Virus record (IMG/VR): IMGVR_UViG_3300035156_000041
Location: 22,315-86,314 of that record
DNA from: a virus
Length of the DNA: 64,000 nt
Strand: one strand, 5' to 3'
In this document: positions 36,456-46,249 of the stretch, in pieces
How positions within the stretch are numbered: position 1 is the stretch's first letter
Layout: each line of letters starts with the position of its first letter
The notes under the pieces: model-generated
Told to the model about the DNA's origin: nothing
Seen by the model: only the letters and a program-made list of their open reading frames with translations
The model's database searches: none
Made by a program: the position numbers and the translations under genes

Positions 36456-39116
36456 ATGGCAGATATTAGAAATGCAGGCTCATTATTTTTGGCTGCTGCA
36501 AACCCACGCCTGCTAGTTCCTATCAACGCCTCTGTCATTGTGACAGCTTCCAAGGAAGTGTTCCACGTAAGCACATCGAACACTCCTGATGTTACGTCTA
36601 TCACTTTCAATGCTAACTTGCTCCTGCTAGATGGCACTGTAACGTGGACATGCACAGGCGGTACGCTGTCAAATATTGTTGGCAATACATGTGTACTCAC
36701 GTACGACAATATGAGTGCTGACACAGCCACTGTCACAGCCACTCTGCCATATCGTCAGCAGAGCTACAACGCTTTCAAGACAGTGTCAAAGCTATATGAC
36801 AACTCTGGCGCTACAGGTCCAAGTGGATTGAGCAACGCCACTGTGATGGCCTATCAGCGTTCTGCTACAGTCTTGACATCAAATCCTGGGGCAATTAGCT
36901 ATAGCTTCTCCACAGGGATTATCACACCTACGCTGCTCAATGGTTGGTCTAAAACTATCCCAGCAGGAACTGACCCGCTCTACGTCACTGTAGCTTCTGC
37001 GAGTGCTAGCACAACCACTGATACGATTGCTTCTAACGAGTGGAGCACACCTGTTGTGTTGGCTCAGAATGGTACGCAAGGGCTGAGTGTAGCTACAATT
37101 TATATTTATCAGCGCACAACTACGAGCGGTGCTCCTAGTCTTCCTTCAGCTACGGCAACGTACACGTTCAGTAATACCAACGTAGCAAACTTGAACAATG
37201 GCTGGACAAGTGTTGTGCCGACAGCCGGTGGAGCATACTTATGGGTGAGTACAGCTACAGCAGCCTCCACGACAGGCACAGACGACATTACAGCATCTGA
37301 GTGGGCCGCTGCACAGATTCTCGCACAGAATGGCGGTGCAGGCACAGCAGGAGCCTCTACAGGCGTTGCAAACCTCTATCAGTGGTCTACCGTCACACCT
37401 AGCCTGCCAACAGGCACAGCGACCTTCTCGTGGGCTACAGCGACGGTTACAGGGTATAGCGACACAGATGGATGGAGTGTTGCCATTCCTAACAACCCTG
37501 GAAGTCCTGGTATTAAGTTGTGGCAAGCTTCCAAGCCTGTTACAGCACCAGCAGGGACAATTAGCACAGGCGTCACATATGCAAGTGGTAGCTCATTAGC
37601 TGCTGTCAGTATTAACGGTGCTCAAGGTATCGCAGGTATCAAAACATGGACAGTGACTGCTTATCAGTGGGGGCTGTCAGCACCGACCACAACAGGTTCC
37701 GCCACGTACAACTGGACAGCAGGCACCTATGACAATCCCCCGCAGACAGGTTGGACACAAGTAAAAGGAAATGCTCCCGGAAGTGGTTATACATTGTATG
37801 AGGCATCTGTTAGGCTTGTTGAAACATCTGGTGCTAATACCTCTGCAATTAACTGGACACTTGCCACTATTGCAGGCATTGCTTATCAAGGTACAAGTGG
37901 CGGTGCAGGTAGCCAAGGCGCATCGGCACGTATCGCCTACGTCCTTATTGATGGCTTTACGCTTGCCACAACTCCTTTATACGTGTTAACCGCTGGGCAG
38001 TCACTTCCTGTTAATGGCTATTGGGGGACAACAAGAGATTGGGTTTCGCAGCCCCCTACGCCCGCTGCGGGACAAGCTGTCTTTCAGTCGGATGGTATCT
38101 ATGACCCGGTGCCTAACCAAACAGTTTGGAATGTCCCTTATTTATCTAATCTGAAAGTGGGCAATCTCAGCGCGATTAGTGCCAACTTTGGGCAGATGAC
38201 AGCAGGTAGTATTGATATTGGCAGTGGGCTTAATAGCTGGCACGTTGATAGCTTGGGCAACACTTGGGCAGGTGCTAGTAGCTTTGGTGCTGCACCTTAC
38301 AGGGTGAGCAACACGGGTGACACTGTTCTAACCTCTGTGATAATCCAAGACAAGAACGGCAATGCTATCTTGAGGTCGGATTCTAGTTTAGCACAGCAGG
38401 TGGCTGGGAATCCTAACATAGTGCCACGCCTATCTAATTGGCCCGGTTCAGGAACTTTCGGAGGTGCATTTTTTAACAAAGGTGTCGCAGCCTCAGCTAA
38501 CTCCGAGTATGCTTACCTTCCTACTAATGGAGTCAACTATACAGCCGTCCAATCAGCAAGGCTGAATATTCCTGCTAACGCATATTACACAGTTAGCTTT
38601 GAAGTTTACTGTGATGGAGTACCAAGGTTACTCAACCTTGACGTATTTGGCACAAACTGTGACACTGCGGGTATTCAGGTCACAACCTCTACTACGGCTG
38701 CACGATACACCTTCACAGAGCAAATGCCATCAGGGGCAAATGGAGACGCATTCTTAAGAATTTATGCTAATAGTAGTGGTTCTAACATTATCATATATAA
38801 CGTCAAAGTGGAGTTAGGCTTTAAAGCAACCCCTTGGTCAGACAGTGTAATCACTCCTGCCAACATTAGCACATTTATTCAGAATGCTTCCATCGGAGGT
38901 GTGTTGATTCAGGACGGAGCTATCGTGGCTAGCAAAGTAGCTGCACAGGCCATCACATCTGATAAGATTCTTGTGTCAAACCTCCAAGCCATCTCAAGCA
39001 TTGTTACAGCCCGTGTTAACGGTACAGGTGCGGGAATTGACCAAGATGCTAATGGTGTGCGTATTTACGATGGTAATAGTATTAGACGCTTTCAAGCGGG
39101 GAACTTAGACGTATGA
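36456..39116 (+). CDS. central tail fibre / host-specificity protein
   Basis: About five tandem ~90-aa repeats (..YQ(R/W)..P..P..Y.(F/W)..GW..P), NLKVGNLSAISAN, carbohydrate-binding-like module. Confidence 0.8.
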   Translation: MADIRNAGSLFLAAANPRLLVPINASVIVTASKEVFHVSTSNTPDVTSITFNANLLLLDGTVTWTCTGGTLSNIVGNTCVLTYDNMSADTATVTATLPYRQQSYNAFKTVSKLYDNSGATGPSGLSNATVMAYQRSATVLTSNPGAISYSFSTGIITPTLLNGWSKTIPAGTDPLYVTVASASASTTTDTIASNEWSTPVVLAQNGTQGLSVATIYIYQRTTTSGAPSLPSATATYTFSNTNVANLNNGWTSVVPTAGGAYLWVSTATAASTTGTDDITASEWAAAQILAQNGGAGTAGASTGVANLYQWSTVTPSLPTGTATFSWATATVTGYSDTDGWSVAIPNNPGSPGIKLWQASKPVTAPAGTISTGVTYASGSSLAAVSINGAQGIAGIKTWTVTAYQWGLSAPTTTGSATYNWTAGTYDNPPQTGWTQVKGNAPGSGYTLYEASVRLVETSGANTSAINWTLATIAGIAYQGTSGGAGSQGASARIAYVLIDGFTLATTPLYVLTAGQSLPVNGYWGTTRDWVSQPPTPAAGQAVFQSDGIYDPVPNQTVWNVPYLSNLKVGNLSAISANFGQMTAGSIDIGSGLNSWHVDSLGNTWAGASSFGAAPYRVSNTGDTVLTSVIIQDKNGNAILRSDSSLAQQVAGNPNIVPRLSNWPGSGTFGGAFFNKGVAASANSEYAYLPTNGVNYTAVQSARLNIPANAYYTVSFEVYCDGVPRLLNLDVFGTNCDTAGIQVTTSTTAARYTFTEQMPSGANGDAFLRIYANSSGSNIIIYNVKVELGFKATPWSDSVITPANISTFIQNASIGGVLIQDGAIVASKVAAQAITSDKILVSNLQAISSIVTARVNGTGAGIDQDANGVRIYDGNSIRRFQAGNLDV

Positions 39117-39478
39117 CATATGGAATGCGCGCATGGGATGCTCAAGGCAATCTCACATTTGATAGTAATGTTGATCTGACGTTGTTCCCTAAAACTGAGG
39201 AAGTGCTGTCAGGTAATAATCAAGTTGGCAATGGGGCTGGCATTACACGCACCTACCCACAGTTTCAGGGTAAGAAGATTATGCCATTCCTGACATCGCC
39301 TTATGGGACTTACGGAGGCTTGGAAGGCTACGCTGTGCTGAGTTGCAGAGTGACTTACCCGAATGGTACGCCTACTATTAACATCTTCGTAGACAAGGCA
39401 CAGTCTACCATTGATGGCTCCAACCAGCCAATCAACGATGGCTATCTAGTAGTGATGGCGACAGGGAGCAACCAATGA
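39113..39478 (+). CDS. tail-tip accessory protein
   Basis: MTYGMRAWDAQG.LTFDS N-terminus. Confidence 0.65.
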   Translation: MTYGMRAWDAQGNLTFDSNVDLTLFPKTEEVLSGNNQVGNGAGITRTYPQFQGKKIMPFLTSPYGTYGGLEGYAVLSCRVTYPNGTPTINIFVDKAQSTIDGSNQPINDGYLVVMATGSNQ

Positions 39479-40308
39479 CGTATGGCTTCAGAATTACTAA
39501 CGCCAATAATATCGTCAACGTGGATGAGGATTCGTTCTCATACGTTTATCTAGGCAAGGTAGCTTTCGATGTGAACAACACATTGGAGCAAGCTGTAACA
39601 TTTACTTGTGTCGGATACCCACTGGTGTTCTTCGGAGTGCCCTACGGAACAGTGAATGGTGGGGAGAACAATGCAAGCTTAGGTCATTCTACATTGATTA
39701 TGCGGGCTGGTGTCCAGATGACGAGGTTGCAGCAAGTTAACAGCAACACTTGGACAGCCAATATCAGGTGCAACTTTGTTAATGGCGGCAATCCGGGGCA
39801 GCTTTACCTGAGGGTGTTTGGAAAGCTTCATCAGAACTTTCCTAACGGCGCTGGGCAGAGTTATGGCGCACGTGCTTGGAATGCAGCAGGTCAGCTTATA
39901 TTTGATACAGGTTGTCGTCAGCTTAGGCTTGCAGGTAATACGTATGACACAGAGTTGGCACTGAGTTCAACAGTTCCGTTAGACGACCAGCGGGTTGATT
40001 CCTGCGACACTTCTGTGACATTACCATTTAATTTATCTAATAAATCCATAATGGCAAACACACGGGGCAGTATTATCTATCCATACTACACAGGAACTGA
40101 TAAAGACCCTGATACTCAACAGGATGTTAATCACTTTGATTTTGAGACAGTGACAACGTTGTTCTGGGCTAATGGCAATACCTTGTACGCTAGAAAAGCT
40201 TCTTCAAATACTCAGCGGGTAGATAGAACAAATGACATTATTGTTTCTGGTAATGGCAGCGTAACGTACACCCGCGTAGCAGTTATTGACAACAACCTAT
40301 TCCCATAA
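39475..40308 (+). CDS. tail-tip accessory / receptor-binding protein
   Basis: MTYGF and internal YGARAWNAAGQLIFDT motifs. Confidence 0.65.
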   Translation: MTYGFRITNANNIVNVDEDSFSYVYLGKVAFDVNNTLEQAVTFTCVGYPLVFFGVPYGTVNGGENNASLGHSTLIMRAGVQMTRLQQVNSNTWTANIRCNFVNGGNPGQLYLRVFGKLHQNFPNGAGQSYGARAWNAAGQLIFDTGCRQLRLAGNTYDTELALSSTVPLDDQRVDSCDTSVTLPFNLSNKSIMANTRGSIIYPYYTGTDKDPDTQQDVNHFDFETVTTLFWANGNTLYARKASSNTQRVDRTNDIIVSGNGSVTYTRVAVIDNNLFP

Positions 40309-40313
40309 TACAT

Positions 40314-40949
40314 ATGATAATTAAAACAATCTCTACCGCTAACGGAGCAGCACAATATCATGTTCTTAAGAAGATTGATTCTCTTAAGCCTTTCACGACA
40401 TTAACATTGACAGTTGATAGCTACTTTGATGAAGCTACTTTTCAAGCTGGTGGCAATGCCCTGAGCCGCTATACGCTCTACGCATCTGTGCCAGAGTCTA
40501 TGGATGGGCTTGAGAGCTTCGCAGAGAATTGGCTCATCACAGACGCTTCCAGTCCTATCACAGGAGGTGTCATTACAGCAGACACATCAGATAGCTTGGA
40601 AGCTGCTCAAGCACGCGCATGGGTGAAAGTGAAGGCTATCCGTGCTGAGCAGGAGCTCGGTAATTTCATCTACGATGGTGGTGAGTATCAATGTGATAGC
40701 ACACGCGTGACAGGTGCTGTGACAATGGCTCTTATGGCTAAGCTGGCTGGGCAGCCTTTCAGTATTGGCTGGACACTTGCTGATAATAGTGTGCGAACTC
40801 TTGATGGCGACCAAATGATTGCTATGGGAGCGGCTGCTGGGAAGTATGTTGACAGTGTGTTTGCTATTGCTAGGGGTTTGAGAGTGAGGATTGAAGCTGC
40901 AAAAAAGCTTGACGAGCTTGATAGTATTTACTGGCCTATTGGAGATTAA
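40314..40949 (+). CDS. DUF4376-like tail fibre assembly protein
   Basis: W..VKA.R..E...F.YDG..YQCD..WTLADNSVRTL. Confidence 0.75.
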   Translation: MIIKTISTANGAAQYHVLKKIDSLKPFTTLTLTVDSYFDEATFQAGGNALSRYTLYASVPESMDGLESFAENWLITDASSPITGGVITADTSDSLEAAQARAWVKVKAIRAEQELGNFIYDGGEYQCDSTRVTGAVTMALMAKLAGQPFSIGWTLADNSVRTLDGDQMIAMGAAAGKYVDSVFAIARGLRVRIEAAKKLDELDSIYWPIGD

Positions 40950-41792
40950 ATGGCAACTGCATTGAGGTGCGTACATGATAACGCAGTAGATAGGGTGTCA
41001 GGCTTATCAAGCACAGGTGTAAGTGTGTTGCCAATTACAGCATTGCAAACTAATAGCAAGAGCGAAGTATGGCGCACAAGTGCCACGACAACTAGCGTGA
41101 CAATCACCGCTACGTTTAATAGTCCTGAGATTCTTGGCATGGTGAGTTTCCCATTCTGTAACTTTAGCTCGACAGCTACGATGCGAGTTAGGCTTTATTC
41201 TGATACAGCTTGCACAGCGCAGGTTCTGGATACTGTGACGCCTACCCTGTGTTCGCAAGGTGGTGGTAGCAAGGTGCAAGGATTGACGCTACAGCAGTCT
41301 GCAAGCGCCTACCAGTTCGGTGGTGGAGTAGCAGCCACGTTGTACTTCACAAAGACTTCAGGTGTGCAGGGATGCAAGATCGATGTTGCTGACAGTGCAA
41401 ACCTGCAAGGCTATTTGGAAGCAGCAAGGCTGGTGATGGGGGAGTATTTCGAGCCAAATTTTAATGCTGAAATGGGCGCTACTCTGGAACTGGCCGACAC
41501 TACACAAAACTTTAGAACAGATGCTGGAAATCTTCTGAGTGATGTTGGCACACGGCATAAAGTACTATCAATCGTGCTGAGTTTTATGCAGCCATCCGAC
41601 AGGTCAAATCTTTATCGCATTGTGAAGAATACTGGGATGAGCCAACCAATTTGGCTGAGTTTGTTTCCCAATAATACGGATAAGGGGCTTGAGCAAGAGC
41701 ATACGATTTACGGCAAATTCACGAAGGTATCTGTGATAGGTGCTGTGAATTATCAAATTTATAGTGCGCCTATGGAGATTGAATCACTGTGA
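40950..41792 (+). CDS. tail protein (distal-tail-like)
   Basis: LQT..KSEVWR, GYLEAARLV.GEY..P..N, RTDAGNL motifs. Confidence 0.6.
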   Translation: MATALRCVHDNAVDRVSGLSSTGVSVLPITALQTNSKSEVWRTSATTTSVTITATFNSPEILGMVSFPFCNFSSTATMRVRLYSDTACTAQVLDTVTPTLCSQGGGSKVQGLTLQQSASAYQFGGGVAATLYFTKTSGVQGCKIDVADSANLQGYLEAARLVMGEYFEPNFNAEMGATLELADTTQNFRTDAGNLLSDVGTRHKVLSIVLSFMQPSDRSNLYRIVKNTGMSQPIWLSLFPNNTDKGLEQEHTIYGKFTKVSVIGAVNYQIYSAPMEIESL

Positions 41793-42292
41793 GCAATTAT
41801 TCAAATGTACGTAGCAAGATTCGCTCGGGTGATTTGTTGGCCTTCAGTCACCAAGGCTGGAAGACTTTCAAGGATATTAAGTCGCAGATTGTCCGTATGG
41901 CCACTAGAAGCGAATTCAGTCACGTGGCTATCGCATGGGTTGTAGGTGATCGGGTGTTTTGTATTGAGGCGGTTATCCCCGAGGTACGCATTTATCCTCT
42001 CTCGAAGAATGGAAATTTCTATTGGATTCCCACCAATCCTCCTTGGAAGCCTGAGACAGAGGAGATGGCACTTTCCTTTGTTGGCTACAAGTACAGTCAG
42101 TGGGATGCTATTAAAGCATTCTTCAGACCCCTTGCGAAAGGGAACGTAAGCGAGTGTGCAGCATTGGTGTTAAATATTATGCAACAAGACGGCGTTGACT
42201 TGGGTACGAGAGCTACACCGGACTCGGTTGTCCTACAAGCTCAACTTTACGGGCATCCCGTTTATTTTGTGGAGAATAAGCTTGGAAAGTAA
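41789..42292 (+). CDS. permuted papain-like amidase (YaeF/YiiX, NlpC/P60-related)
   Basis: GDLLAF, SEFSHVAI, IEA, Y, ECA, TP order; GTG start. Confidence 0.75.
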   Translation: MSNYSNVRSKIRSGDLLAFSHQGWKTFKDIKSQIVRMATRSEFSHVAIAWVVGDRVFCIEAVIPEVRIYPLSKNGNFYWIPTNPPWKPETEEMALSFVGYKYSQWDAIKAFFRPLAKGNVSECAALVLNIMQQDGVDLGTRATPDSVVLQAQLYGHPVYFVENKLGK

Positions 42293-42839
42293 AACTTGTA
42301 AGACATGTGGTGTGTTAAAAGAGTTGACGGAGTTTAGGAAAGCTAAGAGTAACAAGGACGGACACAACACTCAATGCTCTGTTTGCCTAAGATTGCACTA
42401 CAAAAAGTATAGGGAGGATTTTCCTGAGCGTAAATCAGCATCGGACGCAAGGAACTATAGTAAGAACAGTGAGAAGATTAAGGCCAATGTCAAAAAGTGG
42501 TACAAAGAAAACCGTGACTGGGCATTAGAGCGGCAGCTTGCTTACAACAGGTTAAATGCCGGTGCAACTAACGCAAGAATCTCTTTCAGGAAAGCTTGGA
42601 AAATTAGAGCGACACCAGCATGGGCTAATCGTTTTGCTATTAAAACTATCTATTCCAAATGTCAGAGACTCACAGCATGGACACAAGAGTTATACAACGT
42701 AGATCATATTGTACCACTCAAATCAAAATTTGTATGCGGCTTGCACTGCGAAGCTAATCTCCGAATTATCCCAAAACTTGAAAATCTTGTCAAGAGCAAC
42801 TTACATTGGCCTGACATGTGGGAACCATTAAAGGAATGA
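42282..42839 (+). CDS. HNH homing endonuclease
   Basis: CKTC..CSVC, ATPAWA, VDHIVPL.SKFVCGLHCEANL..N..KSN..WPDM; TTG start 42282 with GGAG RBS. Confidence 0.88.
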   Translation: MESKTCKTCGVLKELTEFRKAKSNKDGHNTQCSVCLRLHYKKYREDFPERKSASDARNYSKNSEKIKANVKKWYKENRDWALERQLAYNRLNAGATNARISFRKAWKIRATPAWANRFAIKTIYSKCQRLTAWTQELYNVDHIVPLKSKFVCGLHCEANLRIIPKLENLVKSNLHWPDMWEPLKE

Positions 42840-42841
42840 AT

Positions 42842-43132
42842 ATGGATGCAACAACATTAATCGCAATTATCCAAGGTCTTATGGGCTTATTGATGGCCAT
42901 CGCAGGATGGACATATAAAGACTTGAAAAATAAAGTCGATAAGACGCACGAAGACTTCCTTATTTATAAAACTCACGTTGCAAGCAACTATATCGGAAAT
43001 GATGAGCTGCGCGCCGTGGTGGAAAACTTATCTCGTTCTATTGATGGTGTGCAAGCGAGTTTGCTCCGGGTGGAGAACCGCTTGAATCTCCAGCTCGACC
43101 GCAGAACAGGCGATAACCATAGCCCACACTAA
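42842..43132 (+). CDS. holin/antiholin-like membrane protein
   Basis: One N-terminal TM and a coiled coil; upstream of endolysin. Confidence 0.55.
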   Translation: MDATTLIAIIQGLMGLLMAIAGWTYKDLKNKVDKTHEDFLIYKTHVASNYIGNDELRAVVENLSRSIDGVQASLLRVENRLNLQLDRRTGDNHSPH

Positions 43133-43197
43133 ATGTGGAGAAAACAAAGCCATCGCTAAGAATGGCCCTAACAAACTATTCTACCAAGGAACCTAAT

Positions 43198-43752
43198 ATG
43201 ATTCTCAACGAACTCGCCGTACGCATTACCAAGAAGCTCCTCTACAATTTTGAAGACTGCATCCTCTTCGCCTACCCCGATCCTTCCTCGGACCTCTACA
43301 AAGCCCTCAGCGAGCACGGAATGCTGCCAAGCTACCTGAGTGGTAAGACTCGCTGGAAAGACCTTCCAGATAACTTTAAAGGCCTCTCAGGTGCGCCCTT
43401 CACATGCGGCGTAGGTGAGACTAACGGAGTTACCAAGAACACTGTCTACACGGCTGCTGAAGCTGATGCCAAGCTTGACTTCCGTGTGCGGCTAGTTATG
43501 ACACAAGCTCTGACAGACTGCCCAGCACTGGCTAAGATGAAGCCTGAGTGCATCGCTGCTTGCACAAGTCTCGCGTACAATGTAGGTTCCTCTGCATTCA
43601 AGAATAGCACGGCTGCTAAGCAGATTGCAGCAGGCCATTACGGACTTGTACCTGACGCCATGAAAATGTGGAATAAGTCGGCTGGCAAAATTGTACAAGG
43701 GCTTGTCAATCGCCGTAAGGTGGAAGCCGACCTCTTCAAATCCGGAGTATAA
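43198..43752 (+). CDS. endolysin, GH24 (T4-like) lysozyme
   Basis: FE.C.L.AYPD, TCGVGET, SLAYNVG..AF..ST, W.K.AG....GLVNRR..E. Confidence 0.9.
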   Translation: MILNELAVRITKKLLYNFEDCILFAYPDPSSDLYKALSEHGMLPSYLSGKTRWKDLPDNFKGLSGAPFTCGVGETNGVTKNTVYTAAEADAKLDFRVRLVMTQALTDCPALAKMKPECIAACTSLAYNVGSSAFKNSTAAKQIAAGHYGLVPDAMKMWNKSAGKIVQGLVNRRKVEADLFKSGV

Positions 43753-43753
43753 C

Positions 43754-43999
43754 ATGTTCGATAAAATTAAACAATACCTTGTACACGACTGGGCTTGCGC
43801 ATACAAGTTCGTATCAGTTCAACTCACAGCCCTGCTCGGCTTGGTAGCTCTAGCTGAACCCTACATTCCACAGCTTCAACAGTACCTTCCTCAAAAATGG
43901 ATACCCATCGCTTGCGGGGTGATTATCATGGCACGTGTCATCCAGCAAAAGGCCGTCACCCGTAGTGTCAAAGATGCCCTCTCTGAGCGTGCGAGCTAA
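43754..43999 (+). CDS. putative holin
   Basis: LV.DW..A.K..SVQ, two TMs, ARVIQQ. Confidence 0.65.
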   Translation: MFDKIKQYLVHDWACAYKFVSVQLTALLGLVALAEPYIPQLQQYLPQKWIPIACGVIIMARVIQQKAVTRSVKDALSERAS

Positions 44000-44001
44000 T
44001 T

Positions 44002-44334
44002 ATGCTATCCCTTATTAGTCCGTACACTAAAATTATTGAGGCTGTCGTCCTAGCTGTCGCATTCTACTTTGGGTATATGTGGATTGGTGACAAGGCTGTT
44101 GACCGTTATAAAGCTCAGCAGGTTGTCTTGCAAGCCAAGTCTGACGCTCTCCAGAAGGAGAAATACGACAAGCTCTCCGCAGACTACACAACGCTTCAAA
44201 GCCAACGCACAGAGGCTACCAACACTGTTACTCATAGCGTACAAACTATCGTGAAGCAACCGATATACCAGACTTCATGTGTCGATCAATCAGGCATGGA
44301 CATTGCTAACAAAGCACTATCAGGAAAGCTATGA
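44002..44334 (+). CDS. i-spanin (Rz-like)
   Basis: N-terminal TM, coiled coil, IV..PIY...C. Confidence 0.75.
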   Translation: MLSLISPYTKIIEAVVLAVAFYFGYMWIGDKAVDRYKAQQVVLQAKSDALQKEKYDKLSADYTTLQSQRTEATNTVTHSVQTIVKQPIYQTSCVDQSGMDIANKALSGKL

Positions 44335-44558
44335 AGACTCTTATCGTCTGTGTAGCGTTGCTGCTGAGCGGCTGTACGACTGTGCTGCCTGTGGCTAAGA
44401 CTCCATTGCCAACAGAGTTTATGCAACCTTGTGCGCCTCTTGTTATGCTGCAAGGAACAACTGGTGCTGACTTGTTGGCTAACATAACGCAAAACAGCGC
44501 TATCTTCTGGGCCTGTAAAGACTCAAAAGACGCGCTGATAAAAGCAATTAGTAAGTGA
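44331..44558 (+). CDS. o-spanin lipoprotein (Rz1-like)
   Basis: Lipobox LLSGC, Pro-rich, two Cys. Confidence 0.8.
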   Translation: MKTLIVCVALLLSGCTTVLPVAKTPLPTEFMQPCAPLVMLQGTTGADLLANITQNSAIFWACKDSKDALIKAISK

Positions 44559-44602
44559 AGATTTCCGTCTGGTAGACGATGCTATCGCGTGATAGCTTTA
44601 TG

Positions 44603-44636
44603 CCCTCTAACCCTTCACAGGGCCGAGGGCTTTTTT
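44603..44636 (+). terminator. terminator at the convergence of the two arms
   Basis: GCCCTC..CCCT/AGGG..GAGGGC then TTTTTT. Confidence 0.8.
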
Positions 44637-44641
44637 ACGTC

Positions 44642-45004
44642 TCAACCAATCTCGTTATCAAGCTGCGAATATAACTCACCCTTCTCCACAGTCTTGCTAA
44701 CCTTCTCCGCAGCACGAGCAGCAAAGTAAGATTTAACCCCGCCCGCTTTGTAGTTGGACCCTTTCACACAAGCTTTGCAAGCCAATGCAATATCTGTTTG
44801 GTATGCTTTAATTTCTCGTACCAATGCTGACTTGTTTTCTTCAACATGCTCTTTAATAGCCAATTGCAAGTTCTTAATCTTCTCAAGAGTCTCTTGCACA
44901 AACGTATCAGCAGCCATGAATTCCTTCATAACTTCTTTGGACTCTGCGAGTGCCAGAAAAAGTGGCACGACTTCTTTATTGTAAGACTTCAACAGTTCAC
45001 TCAT
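44642..45004 (-). CDS. hypothetical coiled-coil protein
   Basis: GAGG RBS. Confidence 0.7.
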   Translation of the reverse strand: MSELLKSYNKEVVPLFLALAESKEVMKEFMAADTFVQETLEKIKNLQLAIKEHVEENKSALVREIKAYQTDIALACKACVKGSNYKAGGVKSYFAARAAEKVSKTVEKGELYSQLDNEIG

Positions 45005-45019
45005 TATTTATTCCTCAAA

Positions 45020-45229
45020 TTAGTATTTAGAAAACAGCGCAATCACACCAGCAACTATTGCGAGAATTAGAAGCATCCCTAGAGCAATTGCTGTCGGGAG
45101 CCAGAAGGGTGCTGTCACCCACCACCAAGACCATGCGATGATGCCTATCAGCTTGAGAGTGACGAATACAACGCCTAGCAGGCCCATTACACCGATGCCG
45201 CCAGAGCGGGTAGTTTCTTTAGTGCTCAT
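45020..45229 (-). CDS. small membrane protein
   Basis: LKLIGIIAWSWWWV..P.W motif common in phages. Confidence 0.75.
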   Translation of the reverse strand: MSTKETTRSGGIGVMGLLGVVFVTLKLIGIIAWSWWWVTAPFWLPTAIALGMLLILAIVAGVIALFSKY

Positions 45230-45244
45230 TGTGCTTCCTTTAGG

Positions 45245-45403
45245 TTAGTAATTATCGTAAGTTTGTTGCGAAGCCTCTTGACGAGCCTCCTCATATTCAG
45301 CGTTCAAATCTCGCATAGCAGCTTGATAGTCTTTCTGGCTTAGAAGGCCATCGTCGTAGTTTCGGTCAAGTTCTTCGCAGGCTTTGTCGTACCAATTAGT
45401 CAT
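45245..45403 (-). CDS. hypothetical protein
   Basis: GAGG RBS before ATG 45403. Confidence 0.6.
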   Translation of the reverse strand: MTNWYDKACEELDRNYDDGLLSQKDYQAAMRDLNAEYEEARQEASQQTYDNY

Positions 45404-45466
45404 AAGGTTCCTCTTAATGTTGTTGAACATGACAGCCATTATAGGAGGCTGTCATGTGTGTCAAGG

Positions 45467-46246
45467 TTATTCTTCGCAGAGGGCCAACAAAGCTTTTGTG
45501 TAACGCCGCCCAGAATGTCTCGCTTCCGTGTCTTCTAGTACCCATTGCTTTGTTAATGGTTGTCCCGCCTGCTCCTGTGTTAAAGCTACCTGATGAGCAT
45601 GTCGCTGATTAGACGCCTCTAAGTACTCATTCCGTAGTTCTCTGGCTTTAGTGGACCCTGTAAGACTGTAGTCATCATAGAGCCTATAAGCCAGCTCAAC
45701 ACGTTTTGGTGTGGATTTAAAGTGTTTGGCAACTTTCTTAAAGACAGATTGCGCAGAGAACCCTATCTTAATCGCTCCAAAAACAGCTTCCATCTTAAAT
45801 CCAGTGTTGTAAGATCCGTCTGTACTGTCTACACGTGTCGCACTCCTGTCCAGTACCCTGCGTATGTAGTTAAGATGCCTAACTTTTTCTATGTTTAGCC
45901 TAGAGTTAAGATATGCTTCCTCATCTAATAGAGACTCCACTTTCTCCTCAAGAGTAGTCACTGGCTGTGCCAATGCCTTGAGCATGGTGGTAGCCTCAGA
46001 GTAAACACAGTCTTTAAAGAACTCCGTGCAACCCTCTCCAATAACAAACTCCACCCGGTGCTTACTAAAGCGTCCGTGGAGAAACTTCTCAATTTTGTGG
46101 CTTTCATCACCAATCTTGAATTTCTCCACGTTAAGCACCTTGCCATAAGACTTGCATAATTGAGACATTCTTGTTGGCACGTCTACAGAAATACCAATCT
46201 TTATTAGATCAGGATGCTTATTGAATTTTGCGATGTATACGTACAT
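45467..46246 (-). CDS. GIY-YIG (T5orf172-like) endonuclease
   Basis: YVYI..IKIGIS..R..EKFLH..EG.TEFF. Confidence 0.85.
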   Translation of the reverse strand: MYVYIAKFNKHPDLIKIGISVDVPTRMSQLCKSYGKVLNVEKFKIGDESHKIEKFLHGRFSKHRVEFVIGEGCTEFFKDCVYSEATTMLKALAQPVTTLEEKVESLLDEEAYLNSRLNIEKVRHLNYIRRVLDRSATRVDSTDGSYNTGFKMEAVFGAIKIGFSAQSVFKKVAKHFKSTPKRVELAYRLYDDYSLTGSTKARELRNEYLEASNQRHAHQVALTQEQAGQPLTKQWVLEDTEARHSGRRYTKALLALCEE

Positions 46247-46249
46247 GGA

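Noticed and set aside
36456-40949. Invertible tail-fibre cassette or diversity-generating retroelement
   Set aside because: All fibre genes are co-oriented; no flanking inverted repeats, reverse transcriptase or template/variable repeat pair noticed by eye
42836-42844. Lambda S-like dual start (Met-Asn-Met) in the holin-like gene
   Set aside because: The first ATG abuts the RBS with no spacing, and there is no charged residue between the starts
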